Shown: positions 62,018 to 64,000 of the stretch, one piece after another
Layout of the letters: each line of letters begins with the position of its first letter
How positions within the stretch are numbered: position 1 is the first letter of the stretch
From: Klebsormidium nitens
Lineage: Eukaryota > Plantae > Klebsormidiophyceae
Assembly (NCBI GenBank): GCA_000708835.1
Contig: DF237135.1
Coordinates: forward strand, 1-64,000
Length of the DNA stretch: 64,000 nt
Direction of reading: 5' to 3'
Notes under the pieces: model-generated
The model's database searches: none
What the model was told of the DNA's origin: nothing
Seen by the model: the letters and a program-made list of their open reading frames with translations, nothing else
Translations under genes and position numbers: made by a program

Positions 62018-64000
62018 ATGTCTTTGCCAAAGAAAGATGGCGGCAGTGAGCTCAGCAAAGAACAGGTAGGGTGACCGCAGCCCCGTGGTATTTTTAATGA
62101 AGGTCGTTGATGGCATGCGACTGCAAAGTAAGTTGCCCATGCGAAGGGTGGCTGTGGGTGCTGCCTGATAATGGTGGATCAACGATGATAATGGTTGTCA
62201 ACTCACGAGTAAATGACGCAGCATTGTAATCGACAAAGGGTGACCACTTTACTGATTCAATGTCAATTAAGAGGTAAAGGTGCGACCACCTATGCCATCA
62301 GCATGGCGCCAAATGTCTTGAGAGCGTGTGTGGTCATTGTAGTTCGAAATATGTGCCATTTCAATGTGTTCAACGGCCTGTATGGAGGTTTCTCCGAAAG
62401 CCCTGAAATCTTGGATGTCGTCTGGTTTACAGAGGAATTCTTCCTTTAGCAGTCTTATTGCAATCATATGCGGCAGCAGGGTTCGGATCATTATTTCTGT
62501 TTGCTGCTCAATTGCAGGTCACCAAGGCAGTCACCGCCCTTTTGAAGTGGGTGGACAGTCGAAAGAAGCAGCAGAAACCGCAGCTTCTGGATGACGATGA
62601 CATGTTCCATCTCGTCATTTCGCTTAAGAAAACTCCGGATAGAGAAAAGACAAACCCCTACAGAATGTAAGTAGGTCGTAACCACGAGGCGACTTTTCGA
62701 CTTTTTCGCTGTGTTTTGGCTATCTGAGCATTGCAATGGAGCTTGGTTGGGGTTTGTAGAGGTGGAGTTACCTCTCATAGTGGTACTGGCTGAACACAGC
62801 ACGCTTTCTGGAAGTAGGAAGACTGTTGGGCCACGTCTTTGTGTGTCCTGGGAAGGGCCATCATAGAAAGGTGTGCGGTGGATGAATGTGGTGGTCATGA
62901 CGCTCACCGTGCTGCAGACGATGATTGTGGTGGTCGTGATGCTCACCTTAAGCTGTCTCACTTGCAGATCAATTCCTCATTCCCTCTACCCGCTGGATGC
63001 AGCTCGCGAGGTTTGCTTGCTGGTGAAGGATGTCTCTGGTAAGGAAGCTAAAGCCGGCTACATTTACCGTACCAACACGCCGGTTGGGCAGATTCTTGCC
63101 CAAAAATCAATTACGTATGTTTTGAAATTTGGGCAACTCATTTTGGAATTCTTGAGAATTTGGAATTTGTGGAATATACGCTCAAGAATCCTTTTTTAAC
63201 CAGCCAAAATATATCAAAAGATCTCATATTAGAATTGTAATTCATTTGAAAATTTGGGCAGAATGAAAAAACGAATATCAATAGTATTGAAAATTTTGGG
63301 CAAAATCAAAACAATTAATTGATGCCCAACCGGCGTGTTGGTGCGGTATGTTTGTTTCTGTTCACACCGCGCAATACTTGCACTGTCTCATTTAATGTTG
63401 GGCTCCTTTCGCTTCATCTGCAAGGGGGCAAAAGTGTCTTTGTATCTTCTCAGCGGCCCGCTCTTGCTGCCCTGTTAGTGTATTGTGGCACCTGTCATTA
63501 TGCCGTTACATGTAGCAGTGGGCACCTTGTTGATTGTCTCCTGAATCCAGTCTTCTCGTTTGTAGGGGAGGGGCAGAAAGAAGCCAAACACCAGATAGCA
63601 GTAGAAGCTGGCACTGGAGTCAGTAAGGTGAGGGCACTTCAGCAGCTTCACATTGTTGGTGGTGCTCACTTGGTGCGATGAACTTAATTACTAGTTCGAG
63701 AGGTTATAATCTGCCTATTCCCCGTAGCATTATTGCTAGGGTGTGATTGAAGCACGAGGTCAAAAGAGCCCGGCAATCGAGGAAGGGATCCAATGTGCTC
63801 GACACGTATTCCAAACGTGTTCGCATTATGCAGGTGATAGGGGTGTCAAAGCTGAAAACCAAGTACAAGCCCTATGAAGCGAAGCGAAGGTTATGTGGCT
63901 CGTGAGTGACTTACGAGCCTTTCTCAACTCCGTCCGTTTGCCGTTCAGTATGTCACCTCGTGAAGTCGTACGGGCTTCATCTGCCATGTCAGCATCTCGT
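62018..64000 (+). CDS. RSL1D1: Ribosomal L1 domain-containing protein (RSL1D1/UTP30-like), partial; exons 62018-62065, 62518-62666, 62968-63038, 63566-63627, 63834-63901, continuing beyond the window
   Basis: In-phase splicing gives MSLPKKDGGSELSKEQ|VTKAVTALLKW...DDDDMFHLVISLKKTP...NPYRI|SIPHSLY...EVCLLVKD...|VIGVSKLKTKYKPYEAKRRLCG, which is typical of the family. Confidence 0.85.

Noticed and set aside
61223-62140. Possible small minus-strand gene starting MGNLLCS (myristoylation-like) at 62140
   Set aside because: That ATG falls inside intron 1 of the plus-strand RSL1D1 gene (62066-62517), and the candidate exons do not join in phase.
1-64000. CRISPR arrays, rRNA/tRNA genes, transposase or reverse-transcriptase ORFs
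   Set aside because: I saw no repeat-spacer arrays, conserved RNA signatures or TE protein motifs.

Overview
This is gene-dense, intron-rich eukaryotic nuclear DNA with no rRNA, tRNA, CRISPR or recognisable transposon. The gene set (GRF with QLQ+WRC domains, group C bZIP, HMA8/PAA2-type Cu-ATPase, VAD1, LpxB) and the GC-rich exons point to a green plant-lineage organism. A streptophyte alga such as Klebsormidium is my inference, not something the sequence proves. Recognisable spliced genes, in order: putative thylakoid membrane protein (+), VAD1-like GRAM/VASt protein (-), phosphite dehydrogenase PtxD (+), chloroplast P1B Cu-ATPase (-), group C bZIP (+), SEN1/UPF1-family helicase (-), lipid-A-disaccharide synthase LpxB (+), motorless MyTH4-FERM protein (+), GRF transcription factor (-), and an RSL1D1-like L1-domain protein (+, runs off the window). 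The standout is an intact 4-exon, 332-aa homologue of bacterial phosphite:NAD+ oxidoreductase (ptxD) at 11045-12946. It keeps the phosphite-specific active-site residues and sits among ordinary plant nuclear genes, which suggests a domesticated horizontal transfer and native phosphite use by a eukaryotic alga. All family assignments come from motif recognition and recalled reference sequences; no searches were run.
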